Source: Macrostomum lignano (Eukaryota). From it: a DNA stretch of 64,000 nt. The stretch spans positions 310,001-374,000 of the forward strand of contig NIVC01000506.1 in the NCBI GenBank assembly GCA_002269645.1, read 5' to 3'. Numbering within the stretch: position 1 is the first letter of the stretch; each line of letters starts with the position of its first letter. Shown here in pieces: positions 24,256-35,627 of this stretch. The position numbers and the translations under genes are program-made. The notes beneath the pieces were generated by a model. The model was not told the DNA's origin. It searched no databases and saw only the letters and a list, made by a program, of their open reading frames with translations.

Positions 24256-24880
24256 TCCCAGCCACACAATCAACTTTCACTTTCATTTCGAGGGAAAATG
24301 TCCGGAGGAGAATTTCCAAAGGGGAAACGCCCCTAGAGGACATTCTGTTTCTCAAACTTCACCTGAAGGCAGTTAGCTTGTTTGAGAGCTCGTGTCTACT
24401 TGTATCTAATATTTTAGAAGTATTAAATGGAGTAATCGAATTAAATAATTCACCTCTATCATGGTGGAAGACTTAAACAATTGAACATTGCCTTAGTCTG
24501 CAGCCATTTTGTAATGCCACCTGGCTTGACCCGCATGAAACCCACATGGCTCAGCCAATGACTTTACTGTAAGCGAGGTGGCACAGCCGTATTGCTCAGG
24601 TAAATCAGCGCCAAGCATTAATAAACACAGCTGCCAGTCTGCATCAGCTCTGCCTCAGCTTTCTCAACTGTCTGCACCGAAATCCTTGAGCATGGAGGCA
24701 CTCTGCTCAGCCATCGCAATCTGTGCACTCCTGGCTGCTGCAGCAACCAGCGCTGGCCCCATCAACCCATGCGAATACATGATGAAGGATACGTGCCTTA
24801 AGTTTCCATTTTGGTTATATATTTAGAAAACAGCTGGAACTGTTTTGACCGACTCCCTGTTTACTTTAATTGTTTTATTA

Positions 24881-25139
24881 CACCTGCCCCAATTGGACAG
24901 ATGTGCAACCAACAGCTCAGCCGCAACTATTGCGCGGCGCATCTGAAGGCTGCGTACGGACTGCTGTTAAGGACTGGCGGGGGGGGGGGTCGCCACACAC
25001 CCTCAATTACCCCAGCTAATGCTGCTTGCTACCCATTTTACAGCTACGTGAACTGAAGCAATGCAGAGTTAATTGTCTTGCTGAAAGACAAATTATTCCG
25101 TGAGTCAGACGCTCTAACCACACGGCTACAACCACCTCT
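24881..25139 (-). mobile_element. Second copy of the CORE-like SINE, lacking its B-box
   Basis: Reverse-complement match to 14602-14882, with a deletion of roughly 35 bp that removes ggttcgattcc; A-rich tail. Confidence 0.8.
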
Positions 25140-25714
25140 TATTACGCAGGGTGCCGAGAAGACTCAACGATTGGGAACCGGCCGGCTCCATTCCCTGTGG
25201 AATTCTCATCAAAGACATTTATTGCGACTAACCAAGCAATGTATATGTGAAAGCAACGAGTGCGAATGTCAAAAGCTTTTCTCATACTAAATTCGCACTC
25301 GAGTACCGGGCAATCAGCAGCCACAGAACAGGTGGGTATCTTCAGTGCAGCTTCCAGATTTTCAAGTGTCCGCAGAGAAGCGACTCGTCAGACCTGAACT
25401 GAGCTCTGCAGCTCCGACTTAAAATTAATTGACAGATTTTGCTCAGCCAGCCAGTTGCTTTGTGCCTCAGAATTTCAATTGCAATTAGGACTATTGAACC
25501 ATAAGAAGACACAGTTTAAGAAAGTCAGCAGTTTAGAAACTTATTTAAACAAATGCCATCAGCAAAGTAGCTGACGTACTTTTCAAAACACGATTTTATT
25601 TCGCAAATTCTAAAACAAATTGGTGATTTAAAACAAACAAACACGAAATTATTTGCGGATCGGCGACTTTAAGACAGGGTTTCTTAGATCCAGGAACCTC
25701 CAGATTGGAAGCCT

Positions 25715-26285
25715 TAGTCTCAGAGATGGGGTTTTAATAGTCTCTGAGATGGGGATTTAATAGTCTCAGAGATGGGGATTCATTAGCCTCAGGGATAGGG
25801 ATTTATTAGCCTCAGAGATAGAGATTTATTAGCCTCAGAGATGGGGATTTAATAGTCTCAGAGATGGGGATTCATTAGCCTCAGGGATAGGGATTTATTA
25901 GCCTCAGAGATAGGGATTTATTAGCCTCAGAGATGGGGATTTAATAGTCTCAGAGATGGGGATTCATTAGCCTCAGGGATAGGGATTTATTAGCCTCAGA
26001 GATGGGGATTTATTAGCCTCAGGGATGGGAATTTATTAGCCTCAGAGATGGGGATTTATTAGCCTCAGAGATGGGGATTTATTAGGCTCAAGGATGGCGA
26101 TTTATTAGCCTCAGGGATGGGGATTTATTAGCCTCAGAGATGGGGATTTATTAGCCTCAGGGATGGGAATTTATTAGCCTCAGAGATGGGGATTTATTAG
26201 CCTCAGAGATGGGGATTTATTAGGCTCAAGGATGGCGATTTATTAGCCTCAGGGATGGGGATTTATTAGCCTCAGAGATGGGGAT
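25715..26285. repeat. 23-bp minisatellite (agatggggatttattagcctcag), ~25 copies
   Basis: Period measured directly (26041 to 26064). Confidence 0.95.
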
Positions 26286-26327
26286 TCCTAAACTACCTAA
26301 GCAAAATCACACAGAGCAAGCGCTCAG

Positions 26328-26615
26328 TCAACTGTCAACCCCCGCCGACTTGGCGTACGTGAGCTCAAACAGTCGCTCAGCCGTGAGCTCCGGCTCCCCC
26401 CCGTACTTGGCCGCCCAGTCCACGTACGGCTTGAGCTGGAAGCCGGTCAGGTCGGGCACAACGAGTTCCGGCCGGGCTTCGCTGAACGCTCGACTGCCCG
26501 AGGGGCCGCCGCGAGTGGCAGCCGCGATGGCCACTCGGTCGGGCATCTCGCGCGGCACCCAAGGATTGTCGGCCCGGCGCTGGTGCTTGCGAACCGCCGT
26601 TATCCAGGCGTGGCC
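26328..26615 (-). CDS. MRPL41: Mitochondrial large-subunit ribosomal protein mL41-like, main exon (possible upstream exon 26940..26782)
   Basis: RPELVVPDLTGFQLKPYVDW...EPELTAERLF matches the MRPL41 signature VPEFVVPDLTGFKLKPYVS...PLTAAQLF. Acceptor cataaatcag|GGC at 26616/26615. Candidate phase-0 donor TGT|gtgagt at 26782/26781. Confidence 0.8.
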   Translation of the reverse strand, partial: GHAWITAVRKHQRRADNPWVPREMPDRVAIAAATRGGPSGSRAFSEARPELVVPDLTGFQLKPYVDWAAKYGGEPELTAERLFELTYAKSAGVDS

Positions 26616-29600
26616 CTGATTTATGATTTGACAACAGCTCAAGACTTTATATTAATTGAGGCTGGGGGCTGTCTGCACCCTGGTGCACTTAGAGGCATTA
26701 CTGCTCATTCCGAAGACTCCCCTGAGCAGGCACGCAAGCGCGCGGATACGTATGCAGTCATACGCACAGGCACACACTCACACAGGAGTGGACAGCGGTC
26801 CTGACTTTATTTATCGGCAGGCGTGTACACTTCACTGTGCCTTGGGGGTTGGCCCTCAAGGCTGGCGACGGGCCCAACCAAGGAAGTCGCAAAAATGCCC
26901 ACCCAAACATAGACGGAAAACTAATTAAATGACGAGGCATTTGGCCTTATGATACAGTTATATTTACTCCTGCCGTTTACCCAAAATTATTTAAAATTAG
27001 CTTTTTTCTTAGGTAAGTCGCATTTTTTTGTCAAAAAGTAAGTCGCACGGCCAAATCAGGGGAGTTGCGCATGCATGTTCAAGGGGTCAATTGCACGAGC
27101 AGGGGCCCGTGCTATGGAACACTCTTGACTCTTAGGGCTTAGGAGGATCCTTAAGGAGTGCGGGAGATTCCTTGGTTAACAAAGGAGAGCTCATAAAGGT
27201 CTTTAGTGTGCTATACTCGTATGGTTTACCTTTAAGCGTTATTTTTAGGAGCGGGTGTTCTATAGGAGCACACTCCACTCCTTACTCCCTACTAGTCAAG
27301 GTCTAAGGGCCAAATGTGACTGATCTTGTGCATTCGACTCACTCATTGGTTGACTCGTTGAGTCAACTCCTAGTGTAGTGAGTCGCTATTTAGTTAGGCG
27401 CCGCACTAGTCAGCTTTTTCCCTCGCCATCGCCCCAGGCTTCTGTCTGCCGCTGGGCTGTCTGGCCTGTCCCTTGCCCGTTTGCCTGTCTGTCTGTTTGT
27501 CCTCGTTTGCCCCCTTTTGTTTCATGTTCCCGTTTTGCAGTGCCCAGACAGCTTGGTATGGCCTGCCTCTGTTTCGTTCTCTGTTTGGCATCTCCAAATT
27601 TGGAGTGCCGTCCTGTTTTCTGGTCCCCAAGGTCACGAGTGCCTTCACTTGTGGGCCTTTTTCCCCCCTTGACATGTGAGCCAATCACATGACAGGGCCT
27701 TCTTCCTTCTTTAGTCCAAAGTGCAATGGTTTCATCATGTCACTCATGACTCTCAGCGGGGGTCTTTCGTGATATGGTGCAATCGATGCTCCCTATAAAT
27801 GCAGCCCCTCTCATGGCTTGGCTCAGACAAGCCCGTTTTCCCCGCGCGTTCCCGTTTTCTGCCTCTCCAGCTCAGTCATAGGCCCTAAGGTTGTGTGCCA
27901 AGTTTGATCTTAAGTTTGAACTCCCAAGACTCCCGACTTTGCGTGTGCCTGCTTCTGACTGCTCCTGCTTTCGATTAGCAGGCCAGCTTAGATCGCCCGA
28001 AGCTAGCACCATCGCTCCAACCGAAGGCTGCGACTCAGCAAAGCTGGTGGCAGCACTACCTACGCTACAAGTATTGTTTCTCGGAAACCGCCAGCTAGAG
28101 GTCACCGCCAGCGCCAGGAGACCTACCAGGCCATTGCGAGACAGCCCGAGGAAGCCAGACACCTGTACTTCACTGGGGGCAGCGGTTCTATTGAAGGCCT
28201 CTAGACAACCACAGGCAAGACACCTGTACTTCACTAGCTCCTAACCCTTGACTCGTGAAACTCGTGAAACTTTTTTGGCTCGCACCCAAGGCGCTTAGTA
28301 GTGCTACTCATAGTAGGGATGTAAAATGTACGCTACTTTTAAATGTAAGCATTAACATCAGTCAAATGTAAATATTCATACTATCACAAGTGACTGCATA
28401 CAAACCTGCTGGTAGGAGAACTTCATTTTCTTATGCAGCATGACAGTGGTGGAAATCCTGCATGAGCATTGAGATTTTAGCAGCAAGCCCATTGCTGCCA
28501 GCTTTGACAACATTGGCTGCACATTTGCTTCTAGGCAGAATTGCATGCTTTAACTGTAATGTTAAATTGAGAATTAGCATCATATTGCAATAAATCCAAT
28601 TCAATTTGTGTAAAGCACCAAATATTATTACCTAAAAAGAATACGAGCTTCAAAGCTCTACTATCAAAAAAACTTAGGCCTAATTTTTTTAATTTAATGA
28701 TTCCTTTTAATTAATTGGGACTACTATTTTACTCAAATAAAATTAAGTTATTTAAACTTTGGATTAAGCTATTTACTAAAACTAGTATTGTTTTAGCAAT
28801 AGAATACATATAAAATTCCATGGCCTTCTTGAACTAGAGAATGGTAAGTTTAGGGAAGGGAGATTCTTCATAGGGATTGATTGTACCAACCAAAACTTTA
28901 ATAGAGGCATGGGGTAAAAATAAAGTATCCATATTTAAAATTAGCTTGTTGAAAACCCACATTGAAGCAAAATTAAGATTCTACCAAAATTGGAACATTT
29001 TTAGCTACCAAAACTTCAATACAGGTTTGGTGACCTATTGAAGATTAGCCCTATTGGAATAAATGTTGAAAACCTACAGATGCACGCACGCTTTAGAATA
29101 AAGTCAAATTATTTTACTGTGCTTTAACATTATTATAGATGTTAGCATTATAGAAGGAGCATTTTCTGTCAAAACCAAAATTTGATAACTTTCTGAAATC
29201 AAAATAAAAAACTAAGTTTAGTGTGACCAACACTCACTTTTTTACATTTGATTTACTGCTTATGCAAAACAAAATATATGTATGTATAGCAGAAATTAGT
29301 TTATTATTAGCCACTTTTTAGACTTAGAACATTTTGATTGACTTCTGCAGTCTTACAACTTTTTCCTATAGGGAAGATTAGGTAGATTATTTATAAAGCA
29401 TAAATTGTCTTTTCTTGGAAAAGTCTAATAATGTAGCAAGCCACTAGTTGAATGTTAGGCATTGCCTTACTATCAGCAGTTTCTCTTGACCTTGCCCTAT
29501 TTTGGGTTGCTGTCTACCCCTAGGAAGCTTTTCTCTCCCTTTGGTCTACCTGTGCTTTGCTCTTCCCAACTCTGTGGTTTCTCTATGCTCTTGTTTGTAG

Positions 29601-30759
29601 CCATGGGCATCTTTGATATGGTCTACTCTTGGTTTGCTTCATTATTTAGGTCACAATGAGTGGCCTATTTTGCCTGGTAATGCAAGCTAGTTACATGACA
29701 AGCCTTGCTAGTCTTGGAGCCCAAAAGTGCTACATTTTTGGCCTACGTTTATAGGAGAATCATGTGTCCTGGGACCCTTGCCTTTTCTAAGTTAGGCCTA
29801 GGATGTGACTTCAAATTCTAAAAATAGATACTGAGTTACACAGTGTGATTTGCATACAATAGCACAATGGGGATTCTTAGCCTATAAGTACAGGCTCTTT
29901 CATGCTTGGTTCTATCAAAGATTTTGCTATTTCCCAGATTTCTGACCATTCTATCTTTTCTACCCAATGCTAACTATCCTATGTGTATATTAACTCTTTT
30001 GCTATTGGCCTAACTATTTATCTAACAGCCCAAAGTATAAGAGAGGCTAACAAGTCTATTGATTAAACACTTTATATATTGAGCTGCAAATCTGTACAAA
30101 GTGATAAATTCATTTGCTTGTTTTTTCTTTCTAATGAGAAGCTCACCTTATCAAAGGATAAGTCTTAAAAGAACTATTGGCAGCACTACTTATACAGTGT
30201 GCAGTCATTTCATCTGCCGGCAAATGAAACAACTTTTTGAGAAGAAAAGATAAAGTATAGCTACATAGCTAGCAAAGCTAATTTTTCATAATTAAATATT
30301 GCAAGGTATGCAAAAAGAGTTAAAGTCATACATGCCCAACCTCAAAATTTCACCCATCCAGTGCAACTTTGTTTTGTCCAGTTTTGCGACTTACCTATGC
30401 ACCACCACACTAAAGGACTGGGGGCCGAGAAGGGGGGGGTAGCACACCTTGCGTGCTTGTGCTTATTGAAAAAATGGAAGTACCTCATTACCTCATTTCT
30501 CTTCCCTTTCTCCTGCCTTCACTTTCTTTCCCGATTGATTTATCATTCACTTATTCACTTACGAGTGTATGTAGCATTGCAGACAGCAGTACTAAACTGC
30601 ACTGTAGCCTGTACCCTGTAGGCTACACTCTACATACTGTACTGTATGTCTGGCAAACTAACTTGTATATGTACACTCATGCATTCATCTTTTCAAAGTT
30701 ACTCTCCAGCAGATTTGATGCAAATTTTCATGTGCTCAAACCACTTGCTGAAGCAGCTG

Positions 30760-31640
30760 GACTAATCTGAAGCAGGCACCTCCTCCACATGCCAGATGAA
30801 GGCCTCTACTGCAGCTTCTGGTGATCCATAGCGGATTCCACACATCCTGTGCTTGATTTGTCGAAATACAAAAAAGTTGCAGAGGGCAAGGTTGGGGCTA
30901 TAGGGTGGATGACCGAGCTCTTGAATGCGCTCTCTGGCCAGAAACTCTGCCACCTGTCGAGCCTTGTGGGCCGAGGCATTTTTGTGATGAAGAAGGATGC
31001 CCCAAGCTTGAGTCCTTGGGCAATGCCTAAAGAGAGAGCGCTTAGCACTTCTGGCAAGCAAACATTAGCATACCAGTCACCAGTGACTGTGCACTGCTGC
31101 ACGAGTAGAACCATGGCCAGATGACCAGTTTTCAACACAAAAATGGCCACCATCTGCTTTGCCACGCTGTGCTCTTGCCAAAGCTTGGATGGTGGGGTGC
31201 CGCCAACTGGAGTCCACTGGGCTGACTGCTGCTTAGTCTCCAGGTTGAAACTATAGATCCAGGACTTGTCACCACTGACAATATCCCAGACTGAGTTTGA
31301 GCTGCCTCTGTTGAATCTGTCAAGCATAGTGTGGCACTAGGTCACCCGAGCTTCCTTCTGCTCCAGAGTCAGCTTATGAGGCACCTAGCGTGCAGAAATC
31401 TTGCTCAGGTTGAGCTGTGAATGCAGGATCGTCCTGATAGATCCTAATGAGATGCCCACCTCTGCCTCTATCTAGGCCACAGTCACTTGGGCATCATCCT
31501 CAACCATGGCCCAGACAGCAACAACATTATCCTCTGTTGTTGCAGAGACAGACAACTCTGCCTGCCATGTCAAAATTTGGCAAAACAGTCAAAAATGGTG
31601 GATCTGGATGGTGCTTCATCCCCAAAAGCTTCTTGCAATT
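30760..31640 (-). pseudogene. Decayed mariner (DD34D) transposase
   Basis: SAR*VPHKLT (WVPHEL motif), IVSGDKSWIY, LLHHKNASAH (HDNA), HPPYSPNLALCNFF (YSPDLAP.DF). Several stops and a frameshift. Confidence 0.9.
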
Positions 31641-32849
31641 GCTCAAGACTTTCTTGCTACTGCAAACCACTTTTAAAATCGTAATAAATCATTGCTCTAA
31701 AATGACTCCTATTGAGCTCCATTATGAATTTGATAGATAGGATGGCTATGCTAGCTTGGTTTGGGTGCTGCACTGGCTATATATGACCAGTGTGTCTGAA
31801 ACTTTACAAACATTGTACTTATATAATGTACTTGACACCTATGGTGTCAGATTTTGTCAGCCGCCTCTCAACTATGCACATCCAGAAACTTATTGCTCAG
31901 CCCTGAATCCTGCATGTGAATGGGATGAAAAAGGCCATGAAGACTATTCTATCAACCAGTGCCCCCTTTCTGCAGCTAAAGAGCAAAAGCCATTGCTCTT
32001 TATAGTTTATACAATGGAAACTTGGTTGTGTAACTCCTGGAGAAGTTAATGATTGTTCTGGTGCACATTGGATTAGAAGAAAATTTACCAGCAATCTTAC
32101 TCGTAAGTGCAGCCTGGGGATCATGTAATGTGCAGCTGCAGCACATTCAAGGGAATTAGAAGCATTAGAACTTAGAAGCATCCCTATGTTCAGCAAGCTC
32201 ATATAGAGAGGGACTGTTAATGGTGGTGCAAAATCCAGAGGTTGTTGCTTCTAATAGATATCTAGCTGTGCAGAATGAAGAAACTGAGATTTGTGGTGCA
32301 GATGCAACAACCCATGCATATTGCTCTTTTCAAGTAATTTCAGCTGAAAAAGAAGCTGTTTTTGAAATGAATGAAGAAACTAGACATCTTGAGACAGAAT
32401 TTGTATGATGGTGCAATGCTCATGCTGAATCTATTGCCCATTAACTGATACTGATACTGAAGCACGGATCCAATGACCACATCCAGCCATTAATTTGGAC
32501 TCAGATTCGGAGACTGGGACTGATGGCCAAAGAAGTGAGAGTCCTCCAAGAAAAAGATATATAGTTATACAAACTGTCACAAATAATTACCTAATAATAT
32601 ATATCTGGATGCTTGAGAAGAGCAAACCAATAATATACTTCTATAGATTTAAGCAACTGTCAGTCACAGAAACAAGACAAAGCATGATATGCTAAAAGAT
32701 TTATTTACTCAAGATAATATTGTAACAGTTATTTTGCAAGACTATAGGGTGTTACAACAGATAAAGCATCTGTGATGACAGGAAGTCGAGTTGGACTTAA
32801 TACAATGCATAGATACACTACTGCAATGCCTAGACAATAGGCAGAAAAA

Positions 32850-33075
32850 TCTCCCAATTGCGACTTAGTTTTTCCCAATTGCAACTTAGTTCCTCCCAAT
32901 TGCGATTTAGTTTCTCTTGATTGCAGCTTAGTTCCTTGTAATTGCAACTTGGTTCCTCCTAATTGCAACCCAGTTCCTCCCAAATGCAACTTAGTTCTTC
33001 TCAATTGCAACTTAGTTCTCCTAATTATAACTTAGTTCCTCCCAATTGCTACTGAGTTCCCCTGATTGCAACTTA
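32850..33075. repeat. 21-bp minisatellite (aattgcaacttagttcctccc), ~10 copies
   Basis: Tandem periodicity. Confidence 0.9.
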
Positions 33076-34908
33076 ATTTTCACTTTGTATATGACTTTTC
33101 TTGCCTTTTTCTCTTTTTTTCTTTCTTTCGCCTCTTTCCCCTCTCTTTTCTCTCTTTTCTTTTCCTCTCCTTTCTTCTCCCAATTTTTTGTTTTTTTTTC
33201 ATTTTCAATTTTGCAACTTACCTTAGCTGGCAGCCATTTTACCCATCTGGTTTGGACAGGTCAGATGAGTGTTAGGCATGTATGGTTAAAGTTGGATGTC
33301 AGTTTTTCTAAGCATAATTTGGTTTATTGTAATATTTCAAAGTAACATGATATCAATTTTAAACATCCATACAAAAAAGAAATAAATGGATAGAAGCTGC
33401 AATTATGAATATTAAAGGCAGAGACTGAGTTCCCTATTGAATATAATTGGCTAGCTGTTTTAAGCATTATTATGACCCCATCCAATGATAATGCATTTTC
33501 ATTATGAATAATTATTTAGCTTACAAAATTCATATAACAAACAAAAATTTATATACAAATATTTATTTTCAATATTACATGTATTGACGTTGTACTTGGT
33601 CTTAATATTTTGTGGCAAACAAAATAACTGCATAGGCTAGTATTTTTGCAGATGAAAGAATGGCAGACAAACTGGCAGCAAACAAAATGACTGTCAACCA
33701 CCTATACTATATTAGAAAGCTTTTGAAAAACTCAGAAAACATGAAATCCTAAATATCTATACCTTTGAGGTAAGCCAAGTTTTAAATTCCCATCTTCACT
33801 ATGAAAATGTATATTTTTAGAAGTTTTGTTTAAATGTGTCCTGTTCCTCACCCCATTTTTCGTATAAATAGAAGTGAGTTTTGTTCCCAGAGAGGCAATC
33901 AAAGTTTCAGATCTTTTGGTTCATAGGCAAATTGCCTATAAAATTGAAGACATATTCTTGCTGATTCACCAGAAATTCACCAGGCAACCTCAATCCATTG
34001 GAGGGCGCTGCTTTAGGACTTAGTCACCCCCCTCTTTCCTAGTTAAACAGTGTCTTGCCACTCGGGCACTGCACGCTACCAGGGCAATCCATGCTCACGT
34101 GAAAGCCCATAATCTCAACTCTGTAACCCTGTATTTTAGTAGTTTATTGACGAATCTAATAACTAATTTTGCAGAATTTATAGAATAATAAAGGTCCCCT
34201 ACAACAACTTGGTGTTAGCAGTGAGATCCAAAGAATAATTTGAATACCCCTTAGTACAACTTGGTGTTAGCGATTAGGATAAAGCATAAAACTGTAATAG
34301 CACTACAATAACTTGGTGGTGCAATGGGATAGAATACAATAACAGTAAAGAGGCCTATAACACCTTATTAGTAGTATTGGTAGGATTCTAAGACCTATCA
34401 AAACATCCTAAAACAACTATTAGACCTAGTACTTGAATAAGAAACTATATTAGTTAGAAATAGATATAATTTATATAATATATTTATAAAAATAATATGA
34501 ATTATAGGTCCCTATTTTAAAAGTGAGCTTTGATTTCACATTCTGTCTATATTTAAACAAAACAAAAAATAATATTAAATTAATATTAAAATGTCTAGTA
34601 AAACCTTTTTAGTAGTAATACAAACTAACAAAGTTGCAAAAAAGAGATGCTATCTATTTTGAGTATTTAGGGTTAGGCTAATATAATTGAAATGCAACAA
34701 GATCTGTATACTTTTCATAGAAACTATTTTTATTAGATTACTATTGACAAGATAAAAAATAACAAACTGATCATGTTTTTATTAGGCCTAGGCCTAGTAC
34801 TTTTAATACTAATAATAGTATTCTTTATTTGGCATAGTTCTAGTTTACTTTGTTATATTATTCTGCCTTTTATTAAATTATTTTACCCCGTTTTTCTATC
34901 AATTTCAG

Positions 34909-35627
34909 TAGTGATGGATTGAAATTATTTTTCAAATCGAAATTGAAGTCAAAATTTTTGGTTCTTTAGAATCGAAATCGAAATTTTTTGAGCTTAACAA
35001 TTTTTTACTTTTTTGCTAATCATGCAAAAAGGTTAACACTTTGCCTCTGCATGTATGAGCTTACATGTTTTATAAAAAGTATCTTTGATATGTTTAAACT
35101 AGAATACTTAAGATTTAACTTACTTTAAAAATACGAAATAGAAAATGCTAGTGTATTATATATTATACACTTGTACATAGAAATATAGTAGAAGTTGTAT
35201 TATACTTCACCACTGTTTAAGCTGAAGATCTAGATACGAGTAGCCTATATCCATTTTATTAAGGCTTTAAGTCTTTAGCCAATTAAAATCCATGCCGATG
35301 AGTTCAGCCAGTGGGCTTGTGGAGGTTGAGGTGGGTTCAGCACAAGGCCTGGAACAGTGTGTGCCCCACACAATCTTTTCTTGTAGAAAAGGCAATTCTC
35401 ACCTCCCCACTGAGTCTTTGAACCATGCTTCCTTTCATTTCCTATAGATTTTCTTAGTCGTGTAGCATGATCATCAATGTCTAAATTGTTAAAATATAAC
35501 CAAAATTTTGAAATGATTTTTGATGAATGGTGTCAAAATTCGAAATCAAAATTGAAATTTTTTTGATGCAAAATTAGTTTTGAAATTCAGAATATCAAAA
35601 TTAAAATCAAATTTTGATCCATCACTA
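34909..35627. mobile_element. Non-autonomous hAT element (719 bp)
   Basis: TIR tagtgatgga / tccatcacta. Perfect 8-bp TSD aatttcag at 34901-34908 and 35628-35635. Subterminal aatcga/aattga repeats at both ends. Confidence 0.88.

Noticed and set aside
25355-25405. Hammerhead-like CTGACGA...GAAA on the minus strand
   Set aside because: Four extra nucleotides lie between stem II and GAAA, and there is no stem I or III complementarity.
28314-32187. Large hAT element bounded by tagggatg / catcccta
   Set aside because: The flanking 8-mers do not match as a TSD.
31750-32700. Possible gene or transposase fragments
   Set aside because: Short broken ORFs with no motif that could be assigned confidently.
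34195-34390. CRISPR-like repeat/spacer pattern (acaacttggtgttagc)
   Set aside because: Only 3-4 degenerate ~55-bp tandem units, in eukaryotic context with no cas genes.
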